A stretch of DNA of 63,980 nucleotides, the filler included, from Pelomyxa schiedti (taxonomy: Eukaryota; Protista; Evosea): NCBI GenBank assembly GCA_020536535.1. It is 10 parts of 10 records of this genome, joined end to end, with 100 filler letters (N's around TTAATTAATTAA, not from the genome) between each part and the next. Parts side by side here need not be neighbours in the genome. Positions count along the whole stretch, not along the records: positions 13,242 to 16,165 come from JAHLWZ010001853.1; positions 16,266 to 19,470 come from JAHLWZ010001799.1; positions 19,571 to 21,301 come from JAHLWZ010002301.1; positions 21,402 to 24,867 come from JAHLWZ010001739.1; 6 more parts are not named here. One strand, written 5' to 3'. Shown in pieces: positions 13,242-24,967 of this stretch. The notes under the pieces were generated by a model that was not told the DNA's origin, did not search any database, and saw only the letters and a program-made list of their open reading frames with translations. Numbering within the stretch: position 1 is the first letter of the stretch; every line of letters begins with the position of its first letter. Position numbers and translations under genes: made by a program.

Positions 13242-13410
13242 CAAGGAGGTCACAAAGTGCTGGAAATAAGGCAATGCCACCACAAGCAGGCTTTTGCCTG
13301 CTAGTCAGGCTTTTCAAAATGAGGAAGAACAGGGATAAAAACAAAAGAAACCACCATTTTTTTGAAAAGAGACAGTTTTTTCTGAGCAATAAGCCAGCCA
13401 CTTTCAAGAG

Positions 13411-15185
13411 ATTAGGGGGTTGTGTGTGGGAGGACACCTGGAGGAGGCCCAGAGGCTTGTTGGAGGGGGCTGGCCAGGTCTAACGTGGCAGGCAAGCTCC
13501 ACAGATGTTGGTGTTGGTGTTGGTGTTGGTTGTGGGAGTTGGAGTGGGAGGAATTGTATTGGAGGTGAATCGGGAGATCAGGACCTATGTGACAATGTGA
13601 GAGCAACTGCAATTCTGTTGGATGTGTGTGAGAGGGGATGGGTCGACGTGGCCAAGTGGCTGGTCCAGAGGTTTGGGTTCAGACATCCGTGGGAGTTTGT
13701 GGAGCCACTTGGGGGTGCACTGGAAGCTGGCAATCTGGAGTTGGCTCGGTGGATGGTTGACACCTTTGACTTGGTGGAAAGGGTAACAAGGTACAAGAGA
13801 TCCACGAGATCCTTAGGCTTGGATCTTCACTCAAAGGCGTGCAAAAGTGGAAACCTGGATGTTATCAAGTGGTGCTTTGAAAGGTTTCCTCAAGTGGACT
13901 CTTCCTGTTCTCTTATAACCTGCATTTGGGGAAAGTCAAGCAACTCCGTGGAAAACTGCAAGTACGTGAGAAATCACCTTGCAGCTTTTTTCCATCCTGG
14001 GCCATTGGAGTTTCGTTACATCAGAAGGCCTGATGTGTTGAAGTGGATGCTTTCTGAATTTGACACTGTTCCCACTGGTGAAATGGCAGAGAACCTTGCA
14101 AGAAGAGAAGGACTTGAGTTTGTCAAGTTCTTTGTGGAAGGAAACTTGATTGTCGCAACACCATCGCTTTTCCTTGCAGCCTGCAAGGATCACAACGATG
14201 ACACCCAACTGGTAAAGTGGTTGTCATCCAGGCTGGAACTGTCCAAGGCTGACCTTGACAACTCATTTGTCACTGCGTTGGCCCACAGCAACACATCAAT
14301 TGCATCATGGTTGGAAGAGTCACACCACATTTTAGAACAGTATCAGGGCGCCACGGCTGCCAGGCAACTCCTTGTGAGGGTGTGTGAAAGGATGCCCTGG
14401 TACGTAGGAAGGAAGGGAGGTCTGGAGTGGCTGATGCGTCACGTGGATTTCAAATGTATTCATGATAGCGAAACAGAATTTGTTGTGAGCTGTGTTGGAG
14501 ACCTTTTGCACAACCTAAAATCAACCAGGGGAGCCCTCATTCTCCTCCAGAAGTTCCCAATGATCCCTGAACGAGCAAGGTCAGAATTCCTCACACTTGT
14601 CCTCAGGGAAATCATTCAACGTGAATCTCTCCCACAAGTAAAAGGAATTGTATCCCTGATGAGGGAATGCGGCCCTGATGTGTTCACCAAGCACTACGTT
14701 GCTGAGTGCCTTTCAGGTGCAACTAAGGCGGTATCAAGCAAAACAGTGAAGTGGCTGATCACACACTTCCAACTTGAACGGGAACACATCACAGCTGACA
14801 ACAACAACATCCTGTGCAAACTGCTTTCATGGGGAGAAGAGTGCTGCGCAGAGTGGCTCATCAACAAGTTCCACATCACCTTCAATGAGGTAAAAACCAT
14901 TCCAATAACATTCTATTTGCTGATCTGTTTTCTCAGGTGTTGATGTTGTCATCAGAGTTGTACTTTGTTGACTTGGCGACATGGCAGATGCTTGTCCAGG
15001 TGTTCCCAGGCATCACAGCCACCCACATAAAGGAGAAGTTACTGAATCTCGTGAGCTATTCACCTGTCATTGCACAGTTCACACTGAGGCACTTCCCTGA
15101 TGTCATAATGCAGGACATTGTTGTCTTCTGCGATGCTTCTGGAGGACGTTTCTCACGGTGCTGGCTCATTGACAACAACCTCTAA
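13411..15185 (+). CDS. Degenerate ankyrin-like repeat protein (paralog of 1-1485), apparently 5'-truncated; one intron at about 14890-14936
   Basis: 507-aa ORF with repeated ACxxGxLxxxKW motifs. It begins at GLCVGGHL with no ATG-initiated N-terminus, which the paralog has. Confidence 0.7.
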
Positions 15186-15331
15186 CAGTAAACCAAATGA
15201 TACATCCTTAATTAAAGGTAAAGGGATAAAAAGGGAGTGGTGGTAGTCCAATAAAACTTCAAATCAGGAGCAAGTGGGTCCTCAGGTCTGCACAGAACAA
15301 GATTCAAACGGATCATCAAAAAACTCACAAC

Positions 15332-16063
15332 TTCACTGTGATTCCAGAGCCCACCCAGAGTGGGTTCCAAGCTGTTCCCAAAGGGTGGTCTCAAAAAGTG
15401 AAAAAACACTACCCAAGTGGAGAAAGTGGAGGTAAAAAACACAACGGGCTCGATTTGGGAGCTCCCAATGTGGACACACAGTGGTCCCCATGTGGACCCT
15501 GTTCCAGCTCCCTCATCCCCATGTACTTTTTTTTTCTTTTGCCTGAAGTCGAAAACCAACTTCAGGCCAGGCCACATCATGGAGAGGTTGGGAATGTGGA
15601 AGTGTGGACTGTAGGAGCCCAGTGGAGTGGTGGGTGCGTAGGAGTGAGAGAATGAGAGCGAGAGTGAGAGAATGAGAGTGAGAGCGAGAGAATGAGAGCG
15701 AGAGAATGAGAGCGAGAGAATGAGAGCGAGAGAATGAGAGCGAGAGAATGAGAGCGAGAGCGAGAGAATGAGAATGAGAGCGAGAGAATGAGAGCGAGAG
15801 TGAGAGCAAGAGCAAGGGGTGTTAGTGCCGAGGTGAAGTGGGTGGAGGCGGAAGTAAAGCCTGACATTGCACTCTGTTCGGCAGTCATTCTGGCACCCCA
15901 CAGGGTCCTGTTGTTGTTGAGTGGGGTGATAATAAAAAGGGAATGTACCTTGGTAATAGATTGAGTAACTACACCTAAATAATATCTTGAGCCTGGAGAA
16001 AAAGTCAAGGAAAAAAAAAAAAAGAAGAAGAAGAAGCCACCTACCAAGGAGGTCACAAAGTGC
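15332..16063. repeat. About 700-bp dispersed repeat with a (GAGAATGAGAGC)n satellite, a hairpin and an A-tract; second copy at 61929-62626
   Basis: Near-identical sequence from ttcactgtgattccaga to ggtcacaaagtgc on two different contigs. Confidence 0.9.
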
Positions 16064-16317
16064 TGGAAATAAGGCAATGCCACCACAAGCAGGCTTTTGC
16101 CTGCTAGTCAGGCTTTTCAAAATGAGGAAGAACAGGGATAAAAACAAAAGAAACCACCATTTTTTNNNNNNNNNNNNNNNNNNNNNNNNNNNNNNNNNNN
16201 NNNNNNNNNTTAATTAATTAANNNNNNNNNNNNNNNNNNNNNNNNNNNNNNNNNNNNNNNNNNNNCTGTTGCAAATCCCCAAGTCCACTTAATTACTGTT
16301 TACCCCTGTTTTCTTGG

Positions 16318-17446
16318 TTATGCCTGTTGGTACCAACCCCTCATCCCTTGATGGCTGTTTTTGGCTTGTTGGAAAATCAAAATCAGTGGGATAAAGAAAA
16401 AAGAAATAGTGAGGGGGCCCGGAAATTAATCTTCTTCTTCCCCAAACACAAGTAACAACCTGCATTTTATCTCTTGGCAGAGCTCAGCAATGCCATACCC
16501 ATTTTTGGCATCAACAATGCTGTTTGGGGTAGAAAGTGAGGAATAAGACAATGAAGGGGGTACCCACAAGTTCTTCAGGCCTCTTACAGCCATAAGTCTC
16601 TGTCCACTAAGTTACTTATTTTAAGAAAATAGAGGCACCATCTTACATCAATTAGTGCCAGAACAGAATGGTTTTCAACCCCCCAGGTAAAACCATTCTT
16701 AGTGTTTCCAACCAACATAAGTTCACAATGACTTGGACAGAACCTTGTCACTAGTCAACCAGTTTTTTCTTAATGGTTCAAATAACAACCTCAGAACGTC
16801 TGCGATCCACACTATAAGGTATTCAGCTGCTGGTAGAGAATCAGGGTCATACACCAGAAGACACACAGCAGAAGAACGGTAATGAACACCTTCTTTGAAA
16901 TTAATTGATTGGGTAACAAGGAAATTGGATCCACACTGGAAACTTCAGCGCTCTTTTGGTCCTCAGGGAGACCCCACTGAGAGTGTTTGAGCTTGAAGAA
17001 AACAAAAGAGAATCAAACCAGGTCCACAACACAGTTAATGTCATGAAGATATATTCTCCTGTTGAAGCAACCTTCTTGTTCACATCCTGCAAGTCTGCTG
17101 AACAGTCTTTCATTCCCAGACCCTGGATCTGAATCTGGTCATTTGAAATTCAATCATGCAAACACATACCTCCAACAATGGACACTTTTGCACAAAACGG
17201 CTCCTCTGGACGTTGTGCTCTAAGCTGTGTCCAGTTAAACACTGGATGTGCCAAGCACACAGTTTGCACATCAGAGTCCAACAGACACACATTGTCTTCC
17301 AACCCTTCCACAGTAGAAATACGAAAAGGTCTCACACTTTGCTCTGGGCACCTTGGGCTTGGGCACCTTGGGCTTGGGCACCCACACCTTGGGCTTGGGC
17401 ACCTTGGGCTCGGGCACCCACACCCACTTACTTGTGACTGCCCCAT
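16318..17446 (-). CDS. Highly divergent Rab/Ras-like small GTPase (probable pseudo-GTPase), multi-exon; 3' end uncertain
   Basis: Motifs in order: KVSIVGDSDPGSG (G1-like), VVDLWGLPEDQ (G3-like), HYRSSAVCLLVYD, LMLVGNTKN (G4-like), DAKNGYGIAELC (G5-like). N-terminal CPSPR repeats. Confidence 0.6.
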
Positions 17447-17770
17447 TTTTTTTGTTTTCGTTTATTTAACTCATCGATGATGTGATGAGTGATTCAGGGA
17501 ATCTAACGCAACACTAGTGCAGACCGGATCATCTCTTTCCACAATCCGTTTCATTGAATGCCGCCGTTGGAGCCACTAAGATTGTGAAGAACAAAGAAAG
17601 AGATAAGGATAAATAATCGTGGGGTCTGTTGATTTGGTGCCATGCAGTGTAGTTCGAAAGGAATAGATCCTCTCGAGGAAGGATTCTGCACTAGTCAGCC
17701 CACAACTTCCTCTCCCAGACCACCACTCTTACAATGATGTCTGTTTTGCCAAAAGCAAGTCAAAGGAGTC

Positions 17771-19470
17771 ATGATGGACTGTTGTCTGTGCAACTCTACA
17801 GCCAGCAGTGCGTTGCGTCACGTACATCCCAGCAACAGCTGCGGCAGCATCGTGTTCGCGTCGGCGTGGTCCCGCTGCCCCGCGTCGCCGCCCCCAATGT
17901 GCGACTCCGCCGACGGGTTAGGTTGCAACAACGGGACGGGAACAGCGGCGGGGGTTGTACTGGTGTGCGGGGGTGGCGGCGGCTTCATCAAGGCCTGGGC
18001 GTGGCCGGGGCGGGCCCGCTGCGGTGGCGGGCTCCAAGCAACGGTTACGGCGTCGCCCCTAAGCGCCAGGGATGTGGATGCACCCTTGGTCGTCGAGGAG
18101 GCAGACGGTGGCGGGAGGGAAATTGTGGGATGGCGGGGGCATGTGGGGAACGTGTACGCTCTCGATTTTGTGGAGGACAGGTTCCTCGTGAGGTTGCGAT
18201 GATATTCCTATTCTATTTCTTTAGAATGTGAATGAATTCTCTTGTAAGAGTAGTCTTATACCTAATATAGTGCAGCTGATGATGGTGTTAAGCTCTGGGA
18301 CTGGTCAAAATTCTTGGGAAGTCTAGGTAACTGGATTGAAGATATATGTATTATCAGCCTAATACTAACTGACTCAAGAAGATGGCTGCAGTACAAGTAT
18401 TAGCCCTCCTCCCTGCCTGGCTACTTTAATTGGGAGCTCTGGTATCACAAGCAGTCCCCCACGCAATTTGCACCCTGAAGTGAATGCTTTGGCGGTCGAT
18501 ATAAACGTACTTTATCCTATCCATCTTTGAAAATGGCTCAGTCACAATTAATTCTCAGCGGAGAAGACTCTTTGCTGGATGTGGTGATGGCAGAGTGTGT
18601 GTCTTCGACACTGACACGTTGGAACTCATCAATACGTTGAATCAGTTTCCTCTACCTTCATTGGATTCTTCTTCACCACACGCATCGACATCTACAACGT
18701 CACCTAATCCCGTTTATTGTATCTGCCTCTGTAATTCCACGGGACAAATTTTGACTGGCTCAGAGGATGGACTCTTACGAATTTACGGTAAATTCCCGAA
18801 AAATCCCGTTAACTAAAGACACTTTTAAATTAAATTCTTATCATTATTTCACTAGACCCTGATTCATGCCAGCCAATAAGATATCTTTCAATAAGTAGCA
18901 GTGTATTGTCGCCCACTCAATGTTGGATTGGTTGCATAGCCGTGGATCCTTCCGAAACCTGGATGGTCAGTCCTTATTATCACTATCAGGATGCTGGTTA
19001 CTTCCTGTAACTTCTAAAAAATTAGGCATGTGGAAGTGATAAGACAATACAACTGTGGCACTTACCTTCCCTTTCACAAGTTACGACTACTCGCATAAGT
19101 GCCACGCCGCAAACATTTTGTTGGTTGAAAGACCCGCTCCTGGTACATCAGCCCAACTCTCCTTGCTCACAACACATTATAACAACCAAACTTCTTTTGG
19201 TGCAGCTCCTGTGCGGATGCAATCAATCCCAAATTATCCACATCAAAATGAACGGAACTATTTCTCAAAATGTAGCCACAAGTTCCCCCTCGATATGGAG
19301 TATAACCAATCATCCCAATGAGGCAAGCCCTTTTTAAACTTTCACTAGCTACCAAGCACTTACCAACCAAAAGGGATTTGTTGTCACCGGTAGCAGTTCC
19401 TCTATTGACATATTCCAGGAGAGGGCCTATAAGCTCTATTCCCTCAACTTCTGAACACAAAGCAAAAAAG
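17771..19470 (+). CDS. THOC6: WD40 protein, THO complex subunit 6-like, multi-exon; runs to the contig end
   Basis: GHVGNVYALDF; PEVNALAVD..LFAGCGDG; ILTGSEDGLLRIYD; WIGCIAVDPSETWMACG..IQLWHL. These match characteristic THOC6 segments (PEINAL, WIGCLA..WMVCG). Confidence 0.75.
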
Positions 19471-19570
19471 NNNNNNNNNNNNNNNNNNNNNNNNNNNNNN
19501 NNNNNNNNNNNNNNTTAATTAATTAANNNNNNNNNNNNNNNNNNNNNNNNNNNNNNNNNNNNNNNNNNNN

Positions 19571-20693
19571 GGTCCCACTCGGACCAGCCACAGCCACAGA
19601 CGCCACCAGCAACAGAGAAGAATGGTCCCCCTGGGTGGTCGACTTCCTCATCTTCGTCCAGAATGGAGCGGTTTGTTTGAAGGCGGCAGGTTTTGCCGCT
19701 TCCTTCCTCAACTTCAACAAGCAAGTGCTTTCCATGGCCAAAGGAAACCATCACATCCACATAGAGAAGAAAGGAACGTGGGCCACTCGGCTTGTTCTTC
19801 CTGAGAATGAGCCCAGAGTCAATACGAGGTAGGCCAGAGGGGCCTGACGAAAGTGATGCGGTCGTCGTGCTTATTTGTGTGAACTTTCTTGTGGCCCAGG
19901 AAGCTGCAACGTCAAACACCGTAAGTTCTGCTTTCCAAACACCGTTGATGCGGTCAAGATTTATGCTGTAACACAATGCCTCATCGGGAGCTTCGTCATT
20001 GAACGAGAATGCACCACCTGTTCCAGAAGACAGAGGTATGCTGCGCGTGATGTCATCGCCTTGCTGAACAGGAAACAGAGGGGTTATGAGCAGGGAGTTC
20101 TTCTCGCCAAGTACGAGGAACCATCTGCCGTTACAGGAGCTGTAAGCCGGGAATTCCGGCGACAACTTAGCACTGGGTACCTTGAAAGATGCCAGAACCT
20201 CCGAAGTTGTGACGCATGTGATGCTGAACTTGTCAAAGAAGAAGCCGTAATCCTCAATGGTCATTTCCTTCGACAACACACAGAACGGGTTGGCGCAAAC
20301 GACGCATACTTTCGGGGGCAGCTGCAAGAACCGCACGTCGCTCGTTACGGCGCCCATGAGTGGCGACACTCCGAACGCAATGCCGCGGTTGTACGCAGAA
20401 GACATGAGGAAGAACCACCTCGTCGGGGCCGAACGGGAGATCCAGTCCCACAGCACCCTGATGGCACCCAATGAATCACATTGTGACACCCTCTGAATTG
20501 CTTCTTCGCCCGACGTATCAGACGACAGGTCTTGTGCGCGGTGCATGCCGCAGCAGCGGGGATGTGCGCACATCAAAATGGCCGCGAATTGATCCTTGAC
20601 CTTGACATATGAGCACGATGAGCCCTCTGGTGTCGTCGTGTCGCTCGCCGTTGCGTCCATCGTGTCGGCGTTGCTTAGTGTACGACAAATCAT
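19571..20693 (-). CDS. Lineage-specific family protein (N-terminal DQF..HPRC motif, beta-rich C-terminus), 3'-truncated
   Basis: ORF with KVKDQFAAILMCAHPRCCG..IRVLWDWI..FGVSPLMG, shared with 21818-23113 and 23202-24494. Confidence 0.75.
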
Positions 20694-20835
20694 TTTCGTA
20701 ATTCGCTCAGAACCGGGGTGAGACTTGCCTCAATGAGACAGTTTCTTTTTATGAGGGGAGGCAGAAGTGTCATTTGATGGCATCGTCGTTCTACAACAAC
20801 ACCAACAGCTACAACTGAAATTTTTGTTTTCAATT

Positions 20836-21301
20836 TCACAACCAAAACATCAATGGATACAGGTTTATCCAGGCAAAACAAAACTTGGATACAGTGATGC
20901 GGAGGAAGGGGCGGCCAGTTCTAAGGCACTGTACTGTCACAGTCCCATGATCAAGAGCAAACACCAAGCCCCCTCGTGTGGTGATACGAAGAGCCTTGTA
21001 TTCAGGGTCCCACTCAGACCAGCCACAGCCACAGCCGCCAGAAACAGAGAAGAATGGTCCCCCTGGGTTGTCCACGTCTTCGTCGTCGTCCATAAGGGAG
21101 CGGTTTGTTCGAAGGCGGCAGGTGTTGCCGCTTCCTTCCTCAATTTCAACAAGCAAGTGCGTGGGGGGGCCGGAGCTAGTCTCCACGTCCACATAGAGAA
21201 GAAAGGAACGTGGGCCACTGTTCTTGTTCTTCCTGAGAATGAGCCCAGAGTCAATACGAGGTTCTCCAGATGCACCTGATGAAAGCGACGCAGTCGTCGT
21301 G
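20836..21301 (-). CDS. C-terminal fragment of a tandem paralog of 19571-20693, 5'-truncated
   Basis: DNA 21007-21301 closely matches 19571-19870 (HLLVEIEEGSG..GGPFFSV.GG..CGWSEWD). Confidence 0.75.
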
Positions 21302-21817
21302 NNNNNNNNNNNNNNNNNNNNNNNNNNNNNNNNNNNNNNNNNNNNTTAATTAATTAANNNNNNNNNNNNNNNNNNNNNNNNNNNNNNNNNNNNNNNNNNN
21401 NAAGGTGGGTTACATACCTCTATTGCACAACCAGTGTGGTTGTGGGTGTATGCACCATACTTCCAGCTGCCTTGACGTCTTCCTGCGCTGGTAAAGAACC
21501 TTCCTGACGGAAGGAATTAATATTTGTTCCTCCCTCCCCCAAGGGGAATGTGTGTTTTGAAGTAAAACACACATTTGTAGGTTTTTTTTTTTTTTAAAAC
21601 ATACTGCATAGAGTGAAATAGGGGCTTAGTCAAATTGTTTGTTCATTAGCTTAATCCTTTGTTTTTTTTCATCCCACAATGTGGCTATGTTGCGAGTGAC
21701 GGGAGACACTCTTTGTGCGACGCAGTTGCAGATGCACATTCGTCCCGCGTTTCCCATCACCAACAGAGAAGCTAAACCTCCAGGAGTTCACCTTCGCTGA
21801 AAACGAAACGCCGATCA

Positions 21818-23113
21818 ATGCTTGCCAACGACAACACGACTGAGGGCGCAACGGTGCGTTCTGACGTAGGTTTTTGTGCTGAGGGACTGAGGGCCCGCGA
21901 TCAATTCTTGCCGTTGGTTTTGGCAACACAATCGGCGAGGTGCGGGCGCAATTCGCCGGTGCGGGTGCTGGGTGCGCACTCTGTGAGGCAATTATGGGAC
22001 GACTGGGTCGTGGGTTGCCGGAGGATGATGGTTCTGGCCACGATCGTGACGAAGAAACTGGGACCCAATGACCCTGTGGGCCCAGAGGAGTCTTTCGATT
22101 TCAGGGTGGGGGTGTCACCCCTACTTATGGGAATCACCAGTGAGCCGGTGGTCGTGAAGTCCGAGCCGCAGTTGGGAGCGACTGACATCTGGTGGATTGA
22201 CGAAAACAGGTGCGCCGCGTTGGTGACTGTCCACCACTCCACACACAATTATGGGGTCGAGATCAGGAGGGGGAGTGCTGCCGGGAAAATGGAGAAGACT
22301 TTCGGGAGCTTTGATGGTGAACAATGTTTTCGGTTTGCTTCGAATCGGCAGTGGTGGGTGCAGATTGAAAGATATGGCAGGGACATTTATGTCTGGAATC
22401 TGTTGAAACAGGAGAAGCCTCCTGTTGTCATTGAGATTGCAGATACGACCTGTTCTTTGAGGGCCTTCAGATTCTGCAAAGTAAATTCGTCAGTGGCGGT
22501 GATAGTTGTATCCCACAATGACGGCACGGCAAAGAAGTACCTCATGGTCTGTGACATTTCCCAGACCTATCTGACCAACTCCCTTCACGTTCTCCTCCAC
22601 ACAACAGTCCCATTGGACTTTTCTGATGAGTGGTCTGCAACAGGAACCATTCTGGTTATGATGAACCAACCTTCTGGTCAGTACATGTTCATTGTGGATG
22701 TTGAGGACAACGGCGGGCTCTCTTTTCTGTACTGTGTTCAATCAAATGGGGTGACTCACAGGCTCTACCCCGAAAGGTTTGAGTGTGCGCTGTCAGAAGT
22801 GAGTGGCTCTCTGTTCTCGGTTTTCCACAAAGGAACAAAGACTCTGGACATCTGGAACTGTCATAACAGTAGCAACGGAAACAACAACTCAATGGATGCA
22901 AATCCAGTTGCTCTGGTGAAGTCTATCCCACAAGCATGTTATTTTAATGACAGTGGGCTGCAAACAGGTGGTGGTTTCATTGTGTTCATCCCGGATGATG
23001 ATGATACACGTCTGAAAGTCGTTGAGGGATCATCAGGCCACCTGGTTGTGTCGTTTAATTTTCTTCAGGGATGGATGATTGAAGAAATTAGCTCAACATC
23101 ATTCCTCTGGTGA
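21818..23113 (+). CDS. Lineage-specific family protein (LRARDQF..RCGRNSP motif plus putative beta-propeller)
   Basis: Intronless 431-aa ORF; LRARDQFLPLVLATQSARCGRNSPVRVL..RQLWDDWVV..VGVSPLL; WD-like blades (SNRQWWV..IYVWNL, TLDIWNC). Confidence 0.8.
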   Translation: MLANDNTTEGATVRSDVGFCAEGLRARDQFLPLVLATQSARCGRNSPVRVLGAHSVRQLWDDWVVGCRRMMVLATIVTKKLGPNDPVGPEESFDFRVGVSPLLMGITSEPVVVKSEPQLGATDIWWIDENRCAALVTVHHSTHNYGVEIRRGSAAGKMEKTFGSFDGEQCFRFASNRQWWVQIERYGRDIYVWNLLKQEKPPVVIEIADTTCSLRAFRFCKVNSSVAVIVVSHNDGTAKKYLMVCDISQTYLTNSLHVLLHTTVPLDFSDEWSATGTILVMMNQPSGQYMFIVDVEDNGGLSFLYCVQSNGVTHRLYPERFECALSEVSGSLFSVFHKGTKTLDIWNCHNSSNGNNNSMDANPVALVKSIPQACYFNDSGLQTGGGFIVFIPDDDDTRLKVVEGSSGHLVVSFNFLQGWMIEEISSTSFLW

Positions 23114-23201
23114 GGAGAGGAAAATTACAGTACACTTTCACACAGCTTGTTTTAATTCGAATTACGGGAACCAAATCAGATTGATCAGCGAGTAAAGAAC
23201 G

Positions 23202-24494
23202 ATGCTGAACAAGTTGAGTGCTCGGAACCAATTTATTGCCATTGCAGTTGGTGTATGGGGACACAACAACAGCAATAACAACAATCATGATCAACAATTG
23301 GCAGCCAATGCACGGTTGACGTTGATTTTTGTTTCGTTTGGTTTTTTTCCTTTTTGGTTTTCTTGTTTTTTCTACCACTTTCTTAACACGTTCAAAAACA
23401 GGCTCACACACAACGACAACAACGCAAGTCCGCCAGTGGCACTGTTGAGTGGGGTGTTGATGAGCCAGATTGGACGTGACTGGATTGTAGGAACTGCAAA
23501 GAGGTTCGTTGTGAGGCTGTCATACTGTGGCGGCAAAAACGAGCACTCAGAGTACTTCCTAGTGGGTGTTTCCCACACTTTGGGTGTGACTGACGGCCCA
23601 AGGGAGGTGTTTTACGAAATGGGTGAGAAAGACCCACTCGTGTTCCTGTCTGACAAGGTGGTGATGAAGAGAGTGGGATTCGGCAGAATGCAGGCCAACA
23701 GGCTGGAGGAATGCCGGGAGATGGTAGAGAAGAAGCCGATACAATCTAAGCATGCATGGATGAATTGTTCACATAGGTCTGTCAGAAGTAATTGCAAGTG
23801 GGCAGTGGGAGTCGACTACTCTGGGACCATGACTATTTGGAAGCTGCAGCAGGACCACTTTCCCTCTGACTCACTGAAGGTGTATCTTCCAAGACCACCC
23901 AGGGGGATTTGGCACGGCCTAACGGAAATAACTTGGTCAAAGAGGTCAATGATTTCCCAGGGCGATGAGCTGTGCATTGTGACACCAAGTACTGCTGTGA
24001 AGTCAAATTGGGAAGTCAGAATCGTTGACCTGAAAAGGACGCTTGACACTGGGGGACTATCTGTTGTTGAGCTCCACACCATTGTGAGAGATGAGAACGT
24101 TGTGAGTGAACCTGTGGCTGTGATGAGCAGTTTCTATGATGGCAGCCTGTTTTTGCCATTCAGGTGTGTTCACAGGATTGAGTTGGTGAATGTTATCACC
24201 AGTTCCATAGTCATTATACCCAACACAGAAAAGATCCACATTGTTGACAGCTCTCACTTTGCTGTGGGACACCAGATTTTTGAAGTGTCCAACACTCAAT
24301 CCCCTGTGAGGATAGATGCAACCATCCCTGTAATTCCCTGCTCTGACATGTTCCATCAGGGCCTCATTTGCACCCACACTTGCAGTGAGACCATCTCTTT
24401 CCAGGATGCTCTCTGTGGTCAGTTCCTTTTTTCCATTCCAGATGACTCCCCAGTGGCCACAGTGCAAGTTCAAACTCTCAATGGTTCCAACTAG
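23202..24494 (+). CDS. Lineage-specific family protein, tandem copy; probable in-frame intron at about 23315-23401
   Basis: LSARNQFIAIAVG..SPPVALL..QIGRDWIVG..VGVSHTLGV..SNCKWAV..MTIWKL. Confidence 0.75.
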   Translation: MLNKLSARNQFIAIAVGVWGHNNSNNNNHDQQLAANARLTLIFVSFGFFPFWFSCFFYHFLNTFKNRLTHNDNNASPPVALLSGVLMSQIGRDWIVGTAKRFVVRLSYCGGKNEHSEYFLVGVSHTLGVTDGPREVFYEMGEKDPLVFLSDKVVMKRVGFGRMQANRLEECREMVEKKPIQSKHAWMNCSHRSVRSNCKWAVGVDYSGTMTIWKLQQDHFPSDSLKVYLPRPPRGIWHGLTEITWSKRSMISQGDELCIVTPSTAVKSNWEVRIVDLKRTLDTGGLSVVELHTIVRDENVVSEPVAVMSSFYDGSLFLPFRCVHRIELVNVITSSIVIIPNTEKIHIVDSSHFAVGHQIFEVSNTQSPVRIDATIPVIPCSDMFHQGLICTHTCSETISFQDALCGQFLFSIPDDSPVATVQVQTLNGSN

Positions 24495-24760
24495 ATAACC
24501 GACTAGTTGGTGTTCTGTAAAACACAAAAATACCGATGCCTCTCATTCATTTTTTGAGAAAGCTGCTGAACGACAGAGTTCTTGGGTCTCAATCACTCAA
24601 TCCCATGATTGTGATGGGCACTAACTCATCCCCCCTTGATCTGCGCTTCAACAACAGTCCTCGCCCAAATGTGGTTGCCCGTCTTATTGTGCTAAATGAA
24701 ATGGCGAACGCCATCTCAACCAACGCTGATCTATTATCAGAAATCAAATAAACTACAGAA

Positions 24761-24867
24761 ATGAGCATCGAAGTTCTTTGTGCTGGACTGAGGGCGCGTG
24801 ACCAATTCCTACCGTTGGTTTTCTCGACGCACTTCGTGAAGGCTGCTGACCGCTCGGTCGTGAGCAT
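24761..24867 (+). CDS. 5' start of another tandem family copy, truncated by the contig end
   Basis: MSIEVLCAGLRARDQFLPLVFST; DNA is near-identical to about 21873-21921. Confidence 0.7.
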
Positions 24868-24967
24868 NNNNNNNNNNNNNNNNNNNNNNNNNNNNNNNNN
24901 NNNNNNNNNNNTTAATTAATTAANNNNNNNNNNNNNNNNNNNNNNNNNNNNNNNNNNNNNNNNNNNN

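Noticed and set aside
15212-16147. 311-aa 'LSLSFSRSHS' ORF and related ORFs at 62109-62662
   Set aside because: Produced by a stop-free microsatellite inside a repeat.
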